In this document: one piece after another, positions 53,581-62,419 of the stretch
Position numbering within the stretch: the first letter of the stretch is position 1
Layout: each line of letters starts with the position of its first letter
NCBI GenBank assembly: GCA_022072125.1
Contig: JAJVIH010000016.1
Span: 29,081-93,080 of the forward strand
Reading direction: 5' to 3'
Length of the DNA: 64,000 nt
Source of the DNA: Myxococcota bacterium
GTDB lineage: Bacteria > Myxococcota > JAJVIH01
Made by a program: the position numbers and the translations under genes
Notes under the pieces: model-generated
Databases searched by the model: none
What the model was told of the DNA's origin: nothing
The model's input: only the letters and a program-made list of their open reading frames with translations

Positions 53581-54053
53581 CCCGCCGGGAATGGCTGATC
53601 CAAACCGGCGCCATGGCGGCTTCGGCCTGCGCGGGAGGATGCGCGGCCGGTGGGCCGGGAACTGGCGGGGTTGCGGATGCAGGCCAGGCCTTCGCGGCGG
53701 CGGAAGCCTGCGGCGATCTTCCTCCGCCGGACAGCGGTTGGCACGCCATCCCGCTGGCGGAAATTCCCGGGCTGGCGAGCCAGGGGGTGGCGCGGGTGCG
53801 CGCCCGCGAAGCCCTGCTGCAGGTGTGGGTGGTGCGGGAGTCATCCGCCTGCCACCGGGCGGTGTGGGCGATTTGCACGCACGGGGCCTGTGAACTGGAC
53901 TGGAAACCGGAAGAACGCTGGCTGGAATGCCCATGCCATGGCTCCCGGTTCAACACACTGGGCGCCATCGTGCGCGGGCCCGCGACCCAACCGGTACGTA
54001 CGCTGCCAGCCCAGGTGCGCGAGGGTTATTTGTATATCAAACGCCCGTTCTGA
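53577..54053 (+). CDS. Tat-exported Rieske [2Fe-2S] domain protein, 158 aa
   Basis: Twin-arginine signal MTRREWLIQTGAMAASA; Rieske box I CTHGAC and box II CPCHGS; ATGA overlap with the upstream gene. Confidence 0.85.
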   Translation: MTRREWLIQTGAMAASACAGGCAAGGPGTGGVADAGQAFAAAEACGDLPPPDSGWHAIPLAEIPGLASQGVARVRAREALLQVWVVRESSACHRAVWAICTHGACELDWKPEERWLECPCHGSRFNTLGAIVRGPATQPVRTLPAQVREGYLYIKRPF

Positions 54054-54068
54054 CGGCGGAGGACTCGA

Positions 54069-55109
54069 TCACTTCACGTACACGGGGAAGCGGATTTCAC
54101 GGCCGTTGCCATTGAAGGCGGGAAATTTCCACTGGTTGACCGCGGCCACCAGACATTGACGGAACGCCTCGTCGGGAGAGTCCGGCTCCGCCACCGCCAC
54201 CGATCCCGGCGACCCGCTGGGCTGCAATACGAACTGAATCACCACGCGCGAGGTGGCGTTGTCCTCGTTGCGGTCGCGGTCGGCCTCGAAACAGGGCAGC
54301 AGCCTGGGGATATTCCGGCGAATCCGCGAATAAATATCCGTGGCGGAGACCTGTCCTTCGTCCACATCCATGTCTTCGCCTCCGCCGCCGCCAGGGGGCG
54401 CCGTTTCGCCCGGACCGGCGGGAGCGGGGGGCGGCGGCGGCGCGGTTTCTCCGGAGGGCGCATTTTGTTTGGGCTGGGGAGCGGCCGCCGCCAGCGCTTT
54501 CCCGGCTTTGGGCGGTTTGGCGGCCTTTGGCGCGCCAACGGCGGCGGCGACAAATTCATCCATATTGCCAATCGAAATGATCGGCGGCGGACGCTTGATC
54601 CACGCCTTGTTGTCGCCCACGGACGGCGGCTTCGCCAATGCGGCCGCCGGCGGCTGCGCGCCCGTAGTACCCGTTGGAGCGGTCTTGGCCGGGGCCTGAG
54701 CCGTTGGAGCCGCGGCGGCGGGGGATTTCTTGCGCATCCGCATCCACCCCCAGCCGGCCACCCCCACCGCGCCAAGGAGGAGAACCGCCACGGCGCCCGC
54801 CAGCAGGTTGCGGCGCGACCGGGCTGTTTCCGCTTCCAGGCGTTGCTGGTGCAGGGCCCGTTCGCGGGCCGCCTTGCCCGCCCATTCCACGAATTCAGGG
54901 ATTTCCCGGAGCGGCCGCCAGTGCGTGATCTCCGCTGGGGTCGCCTCGCAGGAATCGTCGAGTTCCCCGCGGTAGAGGCGATCCACAATCACCTGGGCGG
55001 GGGCCGGACCCTGTACGGTTCCGCCCGATCGAAACATCCATTCGCCGGGAATATTGACCTGGGGGGCCTTGGGATGGGGGGAACTGCGCGCCATGACACC
55101 GATCTTCAT
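54069..55109 (-). CDS. Protein with N-terminal DUF4339 (GYF-like) domain, TM helix, Pro/Ala-rich linker and TonB C-terminal-like domain
   Basis: GEWMFRSGGTVQGPAPAQVIVDRLYRGELDDSCEATPAEITHWRPLREIPEF; TM LLAGAVAVLLLGAVGVAGW; C-terminal ...VVIQFVLQPSGSPGSVAVAE...EIRFPVYVK. Confidence 0.78.
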   Translation of the reverse strand: MKIGVMARSSPHPKAPQVNIPGEWMFRSGGTVQGPAPAQVIVDRLYRGELDDSCEATPAEITHWRPLREIPEFVEWAGKAARERALHQQRLEAETARSRRNLLAGAVAVLLLGAVGVAGWGWMRMRKKSPAAAAPTAQAPAKTAPTGTTGAQPPAAALAKPPSVGDNKAWIKRPPPIISIGNMDEFVAAAVGAPKAAKPPKAGKALAAAAPQPKQNAPSGETAPPPPPAPAGPGETAPPGGGGGEDMDVDEGQVSATDIYSRIRRNIPRLLPCFEADRDRNEDNATSRVVIQFVLQPSGSPGSVAVAEPDSPDEAFRQCLVAAVNQWKFPAFNGNGREIRFPVYVK

Positions 55110-55421
55110 AACCCGCACCCGCCTCCACCCGCAATGGAAATGCACAGCCGCCCGTCGCGGGGTCCTGCTTTTGCGCGGCATGGCGGTTGATGGCGTGAGG
55201 CGGGCTTTTCCGGCCCATCCGGCTGGCGCCGCGGGAAAACTCCCGGGTCTGCATCCCTGACCTGCATGAAGGCTGTTCTGGAACCGGGGTCCGGCGTGGA
55301 AAGCGCCTTACCGTGCTTTCCACGCCTGCCGGAAAGCATAAGATGAATCCCGGTCCTGGCGGTCAGACGCCGGCGGCCGGGGCGGGAAACCCGCCGCGAA
55401 CGGTTGTCCGGGCGGATTCCG

Positions 55422-55450
55422 TTGACTTTTCGCGGGTGTTTTCCTAGACA
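55422..55450 (+). promoter_or_regulatory. Sigma70-like promoter for the lpd operon
   Basis: TTGACT, 17-nt spacer, TAGACA, about 45 nt upstream of the GTG start with AGGAG RBS. Confidence 0.4.
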
Positions 55451-55494
55451 CTCCGGGCCCTTCTCGCCCCCCATCCATCATCAGGAGTCCATCC

Positions 55495-56898
55495 GTGAGC
55501 GAGCATACCTTTGACGTAGTGGTGATCGGCAGCGGACCGGGCGGTTATGTCGCCGCGGCGCGCGCCGGAGCGCTTGGCCTGAAAACCGCTGTCATTGAAA
55601 AGGACAATGTTCTGGGCGGCACCTGCCTCAACCGCGGCTGCATCCCCACCAAGGCCATCCTGCACGCCGCCGATATTCTCACCGAACTCCACGAAGCCAG
55701 TCAGTACGGCATCACCACCAATTCGGTGAACGTGGATATCGAGAAACTGATGAAGCGCAAGCAGGCGGTGGTGGCGGGCCTGAACGGCGGCGTCAAGACG
55801 CTGATGAAAAAGCGCAACGTCACGGTGTTCGAGGGCCTGGGCGCCTTCCGCGACGCCAACACCATCACCGTGTCCAAAAACGGCCAGGTCACCGATGTGC
55901 TGAAATTCAAGAACGCCATCGTGGCCGTGGGCACGGTTCCCCGCGAACTTCCAGGCTTTGAGTTTGACGGCCAGCGGGTCATTTCCAGCGACCATGCGCT
56001 CAACATCACCAAGGTTCCCGCGCGCTTCCTGGTGCTGGGCTCCGGCGCCGTCGGCGCCGAATTCGCCAGCGCCTACGCCCGCTTCGGGTCGAAGACCACG
56101 GTGGTCGAGATCATGCCGCGCCTGATGCCCCTCGCCGACGCCGATGTCTCGGCGGAGTTGAAAGCGGATTTCGAGCGCCAGGGCATCGAGTGCATGATCA
56201 ACACCAAGATGGAAAGCGTCACCCGCACCGCCAATGGCGTCGCCGCGAAGGTCCGCATGCAGGATGGCGGCGAGCGCGTGCTGGAGGCCGATCAATTGCT
56301 GGTGGCGGTGGGTCGCAAAACCCTGGTCGAGAATATCGGCCTCGACAAGGCGGGCGTGAAGGTGGAGCGCGGCATGATCGTGGCCAACGAATTCATGCAG
56401 ACCAGCGCGCCGCATATTTACGCCATCGGCGATGTGGTGGGAAAAGCCGCCCTCGCCCACGTGGCCTCGGCGGAAGGGCAGGTCGCCGCCGAGCATATCG
56501 CCGCCGGCAAGGCGGAAACCGTTCCCTACCATGCGATCCCCTGGAACGTGTACACCGAACCGCCCATTGGCTGGGTTGGATTGACCGAGCAGCAGGCCCG
56601 GGACAAGGGTTACGATGTCGTCACCGCCAAATTCGGATTTTCTCACAGCTCCAAGGCGACCATCCTCGGCAAGCGCCGCGGCTTCATCAAGATCGTCAGC
56701 GAAAAAAAACACGGCGAGGTGCTGGGCGCCCATATCATCGGCCCCGCCGCCACCGAGTTGATCGGCGAATTGGGCTACGCCATCACCATCGAAAGCAGCG
56801 TGGAGGACATCGCCCGCACGGTGCATGCCCATCCCACCCTGTACGAAGGCATCATGGAAGCGGCGGCGATGGCGGCCGGACACCCCATCCACGGTTGA
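55495..56898 (+). CDS. lpdA: Dihydrolipoyl dehydrogenase (E3)
   Basis: VVVIGSGPGGYVAA...GGTCLNRGCIPTK redox-active disulfide; full E3; GTG start. Confidence 0.92.
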   Translation: MSEHTFDVVVIGSGPGGYVAAARAGALGLKTAVIEKDNVLGGTCLNRGCIPTKAILHAADILTELHEASQYGITTNSVNVDIEKLMKRKQAVVAGLNGGVKTLMKKRNVTVFEGLGAFRDANTITVSKNGQVTDVLKFKNAIVAVGTVPRELPGFEFDGQRVISSDHALNITKVPARFLVLGSGAVGAEFASAYARFGSKTTVVEIMPRLMPLADADVSAELKADFERQGIECMINTKMESVTRTANGVAAKVRMQDGGERVLEADQLLVAVGRKTLVENIGLDKAGVKVERGMIVANEFMQTSAPHIYAIGDVVGKAALAHVASAEGQVAAEHIAAGKAETVPYHAIPWNVYTEPPIGWVGLTEQQARDKGYDVVTAKFGFSHSSKATILGKRRGFIKIVSEKKHGEVLGAHIIGPAATELIGELGYAITIESSVEDIARTVHAHPTLYEGIMEAAAMAAGHPIHG

Positions 56899-56900
56899 TC

Positions 56901-57860
56901 ATGGCCATCAGCAAGCAGGAAAAGAAGGAACTCTACCGCCTGATGGCGCTCAACCGCGCCATCGAGGAGCGCCTGACCATCCTCTACCGGCAGGGCAAGG
57001 TGGTGGGCGGCCTGTATCGCTCGCTGGGACAGGAGGCGACCAGCGTGGGCGCCGCCTATGCGCTCCGGGACGGCGACTACATCGGCGCCATGATCCGCAA
57101 CCTGGGCTCGCTGATCGTGCGCGGCGTCAAGCCCCGCGAGGTCATGCTCCAGTACATGGCGCGCAAGGAAGGCCCCACCGGCGGCCGCGACTGCAACCTG
57201 CACATGGGCGACATGAGCCGGGGCATCGTCGCCTGCATTTCCATGCTTGGCGATCTGATACCGGTCATGGCGGGGGTGGGGCTGGCGCTCAAGAAACGCA
57301 ACCAGCGGAATGTCGCCATGACCTTCATCGGCGACGGCGGCGCGTCCACCGGCGCCTTTCACGAGGGACTGATCATGGCCGCCGCCATGGAGGTCCCGCT
57401 GGTGCTCATCGTCGAGAACAACGGCTACGCCTACTCAACCCCCACCAGCAAGCAGTTCAAGACCAAGGACCTGCTGGTGCGCGCCCAGGCCTATGGCATT
57501 GAAGCCGCGCAGGTGGACGGCAACGACATCGAGGCGGTGGTTGAAACGGCGCGGGCCGGTTGTGAATACGCCCGCAAGACCTGGAAGCCGTACTACATCG
57601 AGGCCATGACCTTCCGCATGAAGGGCCACGCCGAGCATGACGACGCCTCCTACGTGCCAAAATCCCTGATGGACAAATGGCGCGTGAAGGATCCCATCAT
57701 CAATTACGAAAAGAAGCTGCTGAAGGCCAAAGTGCTGACCCAGGCCGAGGTGGACGCCATTCACAAGGAAATCCAGTCCGCGCTCGATCTGGAAGTGGAC
57801 GCCGCCCTCAACAGCTCATTCCCCGATCCCGCCGCCGTGGGCGATCGGGTTTACGCCTGA
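56901..57860 (+). CDS. 2-oxoacid dehydrogenase E1 component alpha subunit (TPP-dependent; BCKDH/PDH-type)
   Basis: ...IGDGGASTGAFHEGLIMAA...VLIVENNGYAYSTP TPP-binding motif; 319 aa. Confidence 0.9.
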   Translation: MAISKQEKKELYRLMALNRAIEERLTILYRQGKVVGGLYRSLGQEATSVGAAYALRDGDYIGAMIRNLGSLIVRGVKPREVMLQYMARKEGPTGGRDCNLHMGDMSRGIVACISMLGDLIPVMAGVGLALKKRNQRNVAMTFIGDGGASTGAFHEGLIMAAAMEVPLVLIVENNGYAYSTPTSKQFKTKDLLVRAQAYGIEAAQVDGNDIEAVVETARAGCEYARKTWKPYYIEAMTFRMKGHAEHDDASYVPKSLMDKWRVKDPIINYEKKLLKAKVLTQAEVDAIHKEIQSALDLEVDAALNSSFPDPAAVGDRVYA

Positions 57861-57870
57861 TGGAGCAACC

Positions 57871-58845
57871 ATGCCGGTGATGACCTATCTGGAGGCCATC
57901 AAGGATGGCATCCGCCACGAGATGCGGCGCGATCCAAACGTATTCGTGATCGGCGAGGACGTGGGCGGGTACGGCGGCGCTTTCAAGGTGACGCAGGGGC
58001 TGATTGACGAATTTGGCGAGGACCGGGTCATGGACACCCCCCTGGCCGAAACCGGATTCGTCGGCGCCGCCATTGGCGCGGCCTATATGGGTTTCCGGCC
58101 CGTGGTCGAGATGCAGTTCATTGACTTCATCGCCTGCGCTTTCAACCAGATCACCAACATGGCGGCCAAGAGCCACTACCGCTGGGGCCAGCAATGTCCC
58201 CTGGTGATCCGCGGTCCCTCGGGCGGCGGCGTATCCGGCGGCCCCTACCATTCCCAGTCCCCGGAATCGTATTTTGTCCATACCGCCGGCCTGAAGGTGG
58301 TCATGCCCGCCACCGCGGCGGACGCCAAGGGACTGATCATCGCCTCCATCCGCGACAACAACCCGGTCATCTACCTGGAGCACAAATTCCTCTACCGGCG
58401 CGTCAAGGACGACGTTCCCGGGGGAGAGTTCGTGGTCCCCCTGGGCAAGGCGCGCCTGGCCCGGGAAGGGCGGCATATCTCCGTCATCACCTGGGGCGCC
58501 ATGGTGCATACCGCCCTCGACGCCGCCGGCCAGTTGGAAAAAGACGGCGTGTCGCTGGAGATCATTGACCTGCGCAGTCTCGTTCCATGGGACAAGGAGA
58601 TGGTGCTCGCCTCCGTGAAGAAGACCGGCAAGGTGATTGTTCTGCACGAGGCGCCCCACACGGGCGGCTTCGGCGGCGAGGTGTCGTCGTACATCACCGA
58701 ACACGCCTTTTCCTGGCTGGATGGCCCGGTGCGCCGCATTTCGGCGCTGGATACTCCGGCGCCCTACAGCCCGCCGCTGGAGCAGGCCTACCTGCCGCAG
58801 GCCCATGATATCGTCCGCGTCTCCCGCGAACTGGCCGCTTTCTGA
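57871..58845 (+). CDS. 2-oxoacid dehydrogenase E1 component beta subunit
   Basis: ...VFVIGEDVGGYGGAFKVTQGL...GFVGAAIGAAYMGFRPVVEMQF... Confidence 0.92.
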   Translation: MPVMTYLEAIKDGIRHEMRRDPNVFVIGEDVGGYGGAFKVTQGLIDEFGEDRVMDTPLAETGFVGAAIGAAYMGFRPVVEMQFIDFIACAFNQITNMAAKSHYRWGQQCPLVIRGPSGGGVSGGPYHSQSPESYFVHTAGLKVVMPATAADAKGLIIASIRDNNPVIYLEHKFLYRRVKDDVPGGEFVVPLGKARLAREGRHISVITWGAMVHTALDAAGQLEKDGVSLEIIDLRSLVPWDKEMVLASVKKTGKVIVLHEAPHTGGFGGEVSSYITEHAFSWLDGPVRRISALDTPAPYSPPLEQAYLPQAHDIVRVSRELAAF

Positions 58846-58848
58846 TGC

Positions 58849-59859
58849 ATGGTGAATGGAATGAGCGCGATCATTCTGCCCAAACCCGATCGTCTGAGCC
58901 CGCTGGCCCGCCGCGTCCTGCGCGCCAGGGGACAAACCGCGCCGCCGGTGAAGGGCTCCGGCTTTCTGGGCCGTGTGACCCTGGCCGATCTGGAAGGCAG
59001 GGCCGCTCCTCCTCCCGCTCCCCCCGCGCCGTCGGCCGCGGCTTCCGCTGTCTCCGCCGCCCCATCCGCGAGAGCGGCGCCGCCATTGCCCGCCGCGGTG
59101 AAGCCCAGGGAGCCGCTGACCATGCTGGGCTCTCCGGTTCCACCTGAAGAAGCCGCCGCCTGCGGCCCGGACGCCGAAGTGCGCCGCATGCCGCCCATGC
59201 GCAAGACCATCGCCGCCAACATGATCGAGTCCAAGCGCACGAGCGCTCATGTCAACTCCTTCTGGGAAGCGGATATGGAGCGCATCGCCCGCCACCGCGA
59301 CGCGGCGAAGGATCGTTTCAAGGAGCGGCAGGGAACTTCATTGACCTTTCTCGCCTATATCGCCCGCGCGGTGGCCTGGTCCCTGGCCCGGCATCCCTAC
59401 GTCAACTGCTCGGTCAGTGGAACGGACATCGTGTTTCACAAGCACGTCAACCTCGGCATCGCCGTCGCGCTGGATCAGGGATTGATCGTGCCGGTCATCC
59501 GCCGCGCCGAGGAACTCAACACCACCGGCCTGGCGCGGGCGATCGCCGATCTGGCGGCGCGGGCGCGCAACCGCAAGCTCCAGCCGCAGGATGTCCAGGG
59601 CGGCACCTTCACCATCACCAACATCGGCAGCTTTGGAAATTCCACCGGCATGCCCATCATCAACCAGCCGCAAACCGCCATCCTGGCGGCGGGCGCCATC
59701 CGCAAACAGCTTGTGGCGCTGAATGACAGCGATGTGGCGATCCACCATGTGCTCAAGATGAGCCTGTCCTTTGATCACCGCGTCATTGACGGATCCGCCG
59801 CGGATCTCTTTCTCGGCGACGTGAAAAAATTCCTGGAAGGCTGGAACGAGGGACTCTGA
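58849..59859 (+). CDS. Dihydrolipoamide acyltransferase (E2) catalytic core with E3-binding domain but no lipoyl domain
   Basis: PSBD SPLARRVLRARGQTAPPVKGSGFLGRVTLADLEG at residues about 13-50; Pro/Ala linker; catalytic domain ending ...LSFDHRVIDGSAADLFL; starts 4 nt after the E1beta stop. Confidence 0.85.
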   Translation: MVNGMSAIILPKPDRLSPLARRVLRARGQTAPPVKGSGFLGRVTLADLEGRAAPPPAPPAPSAAASAVSAAPSARAAPPLPAAVKPREPLTMLGSPVPPEEAAACGPDAEVRRMPPMRKTIAANMIESKRTSAHVNSFWEADMERIARHRDAAKDRFKERQGTSLTFLAYIARAVAWSLARHPYVNCSVSGTDIVFHKHVNLGIAVALDQGLIVPVIRRAEELNTTGLARAIADLAARARNRKLQPQDVQGGTFTITNIGSFGNSTGMPIINQPQTAILAAGAIRKQLVALNDSDVAIHHVLKMSLSFDHRVIDGSAADLFLGDVKKFLEGWNEGL

Positions 59860-59902
59860 TGACGGCGGGCGGCGGTGAGAATTTGATTGCGGGAGCGGCG
59901 TC

Positions 59903-60937
59903 ATGAGCAACGGCAAACCATCCCGCGGGGAACAACTGGGGGCGCTCCTGACGGCGGACGACAGCCCGCAACGGCGGGCCTTTGTATCCATCGCGGTGGA
60001 CGCCCTGCTCGACACCCCCGTGAACCAGTTGCTGGACGCGGGAGAAATCAGCGAGTGGATCACCCTGCTGCTGGCCGAAGCCCCCATGCGCCGGGCCCTC
60101 CGCCTGCATGTCCGGCCCGGCTGGGATCGCGCCCGCGAACGGGCCCGGCAAAGCGGCGAAACCCTGGGCGATTGGGTTCCGGAAGGCGCCGGAGATGAAA
60201 TCGCTGCGCTGATCGCGCACCGGCCGCAACCCAAATTCGAGTGGCTCAAGGGAGCGTTGGATGGCGCGCTGGTCCAGCAGCTCGTCGCTCCGGTGCTTCA
60301 GGAAACCCTGGTCAGCTTTGTGCAGAAGGTGCGTTTGCCGGTGGGCGACGGCGCTCCCGCGGCGGCGGTCGGCGCCGCCATTGGCGGCGTGGCGGGCCTG
60401 CTGAAAAAGCAGGTGGAGAAAAACGCCGATCTGATCAAGGCCGTGGGTAAGGGTGTGATGGGCAGTCTGGGCGCCGAGATGGAATCGCGCCTGCAGGAAA
60501 TGGCGAAGGATTTCAGCCGCACCGCCTCGAAGCAGATGCAGGAGTCTTTCCAGGCCCGCGTCAACAGTCCGGAAGGCCGGAAGCTGGTGAAGGAAATCCA
60601 GTCCAGGTTCCTCGATCATCTGGCGAAAACCCCCGTGCAGGTGATCCTCGACGACCTGTCCGTGCTGCCTTTTGACCGCATGGATGAACTGAATATCCGC
60701 ATCAACGCCCACAACGCCGGGCGAGACGGCTTCCGGGCGGCGTTGCGCGCGGAAGCGGAAGCCGTGCTGGCGGCCGAGAGCGGCAAGACCCTGCGCGCCA
60801 TCCTCCAGGAAACCGGCCAGATCGATGATTTCCTGCGGCTGGCGCCGCCGCCGGCGGATCGCCTGGCGCGCGCCATCTTCGCCTCTCCGGCTTTTTCCGC
60901 CTGGCTGAATGATTTGATCGAATCCGCCGCGGAATGA
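59903..60937 (+). CDS. Hypothetical alpha-helical protein, 344 aa
   Basis: Complete ORF with no known domain; stop overlaps the next frame (ATGA). Confidence 0.65.
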   Translation: MSNGKPSRGEQLGALLTADDSPQRRAFVSIAVDALLDTPVNQLLDAGEISEWITLLLAEAPMRRALRLHVRPGWDRARERARQSGETLGDWVPEGAGDEIAALIAHRPQPKFEWLKGALDGALVQQLVAPVLQETLVSFVQKVRLPVGDGAPAAAVGAAIGGVAGLLKKQVEKNADLIKAVGKGVMGSLGAEMESRLQEMAKDFSRTASKQMQESFQARVNSPEGRKLVKEIQSRFLDHLAKTPVQVILDDLSVLPFDRMDELNIRINAHNAGRDGFRAALRAEAEAVLAAESGKTLRAILQETGQIDDFLRLAPPPADRLARAIFASPAFSAWLNDLIESAAE

Positions 60938-61050
60938 CGAAATGGTCCGTGGACCGGGCCGGTTGCGCCGGCGTCCGCCTGCCGGTTGACCTTTTCCCGG
61001 GAAGGTACATACTGGTTGCGTCACGGACGGGTTCGAAGGAGAAGATCATC

Positions 61051-62079
61051 ATGGCGGATCCAGTCATTCTTCGGACAGTAAAATGGGGTGTCGCGGTCTC
61101 CGCGCTGGCGCTGGGCGCCTGTGGCGGCGGGACCGCGCCGGAAAGCGCCATCGCGGTATCCAAATCCGCTCTGGGAGGCGATGCCTTCGCCATGGTCGCC
61201 GGGCTATTCGAGCCCGCGCAGCCGCCACGGATACGCCCCTCCGCCGCAGGCGAATCCACCCCCGGGCAGTACTGGGCGCTGGATGGCGTCCAGGTCGAGG
61301 AACTGGCGCTGGGGGTTTATCCCAACGGCGATCTGTCCGTGGATCGCGGCGAGATTTGGTTCGCCGATACGGGTCTGGACGCCATTTTCCGGCTGAAGGA
61401 TGGACAGCCGGAACTGGCGCTCAAGCTGGCGGAAGACATCTCCACCTTCAAGGTCGAGAACCAGCGCGTGTGGGTCAGCACCTACGCGCCGGAGGGCGTC
61501 TCCATGTTGCGTTCGTTCGAGTTGAACGGCGAACAGCGGGAGACCATCGCCCTCGACTCCACCGGAGACTCCTTCCTGACCGTGCTGGATATCGCCGAGG
61601 CGCCCGACGGGGCATGGCTGATCGCCGGGGCCGATTCCAGCCCCGATCCGGATCGCCTGACCATCCTCTCCGCCGAAAGCGGCGTGGACATGGTATCCGC
61701 TCCCGGCGTGATGGAGGATATCGCCGCCACGGCCTGGTGGAATGGGCATGATGTCATTGCGGTGCGGCGCTTCGAGACCCAGGGACCCGTGCTGGCCTTC
61801 AGCGATGGACAACCCATCGCCGCGTCCGTTTCGCTTCCCGCGCCCGGCCCCCATGGCGAAGCCGGTCTGGCGGCGGACTCCGCGGGAGCGCTCTATTACG
61901 TATCCCCGCGCTCCAATATGCTCTACCGCCTGCGGGAGACGGACCAGGAAGCCGTTCCGGTGGCGGGTGGATTTCATGCGCCCACGGATGTGGTTTACGA
62001 CGGCGAGAACCACCGGCTGATCGTGGCCTGCGCCGATCGAATCGTATCGGTCCGCCTGCCCTCCGCGGCGGGGATGTAA
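61051..62079 (+). CDS. Hypothetical beta-propeller-like lipoprotein
   Basis: ATG with AAGGAGAAG RBS; MADPVILRTVKWGVAVSALALGAC lipobox. The 60934 ATG that overlaps the upstream stop is the alternative start. Confidence 0.7.
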   Translation: MADPVILRTVKWGVAVSALALGACGGGTAPESAIAVSKSALGGDAFAMVAGLFEPAQPPRIRPSAAGESTPGQYWALDGVQVEELALGVYPNGDLSVDRGEIWFADTGLDAIFRLKDGQPELALKLAEDISTFKVENQRVWVSTYAPEGVSMLRSFELNGEQRETIALDSTGDSFLTVLDIAEAPDGAWLIAGADSSPDPDRLTILSAESGVDMVSAPGVMEDIAATAWWNGHDVIAVRRFETQGPVLAFSDGQPIAASVSLPAPGPHGEAGLAADSAGALYYVSPRSNMLYRLRETDQEAVPVAGGFHAPTDVVYDGENHRLIVACADRIVSVRLPSAAGM

Positions 62080-62419
62080 ACGTCCCGCGCCGTCCGCACG
62101 CTCCAATTCCTTCGCTTCCCCGGGGGAAGGGCGGAGGTCTTCGCCCTTCGCGTGGCCCGTGTGATCCCCGCCAGGTGACGGACAACAGCCCGCGCATTTC
62201 CTCCCCTGCCCGCGCGGCGGGCGGGGGCTCATTTGATCCGGGCGCGCCCCCGGACCCTTGATGATTGGCCGGCAATGCCGTACACCCTCACGGGCCGCTG
62301 GAGGCGCGGGAGGGAACCGGGCTGGAATGGCGTCATTCCCCGTGCGCGTCCGCCAAATCCGATTATGCCAGACAGGTGAAAATCCGGGCGGCGTTCGTCC
62401 GGATGCGAGGAGAGGACCG

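Noticed and set aside
60934-61050. Longer start (ATG 60934, ATGA-coupled) for the propeller lipoprotein
   Set aside because: It would bury the lipoprotein signal peptide 40 aa inside the protein; the ATG at 61051 has an AAGGAG RBS and gives a canonical lipobox N-terminus.
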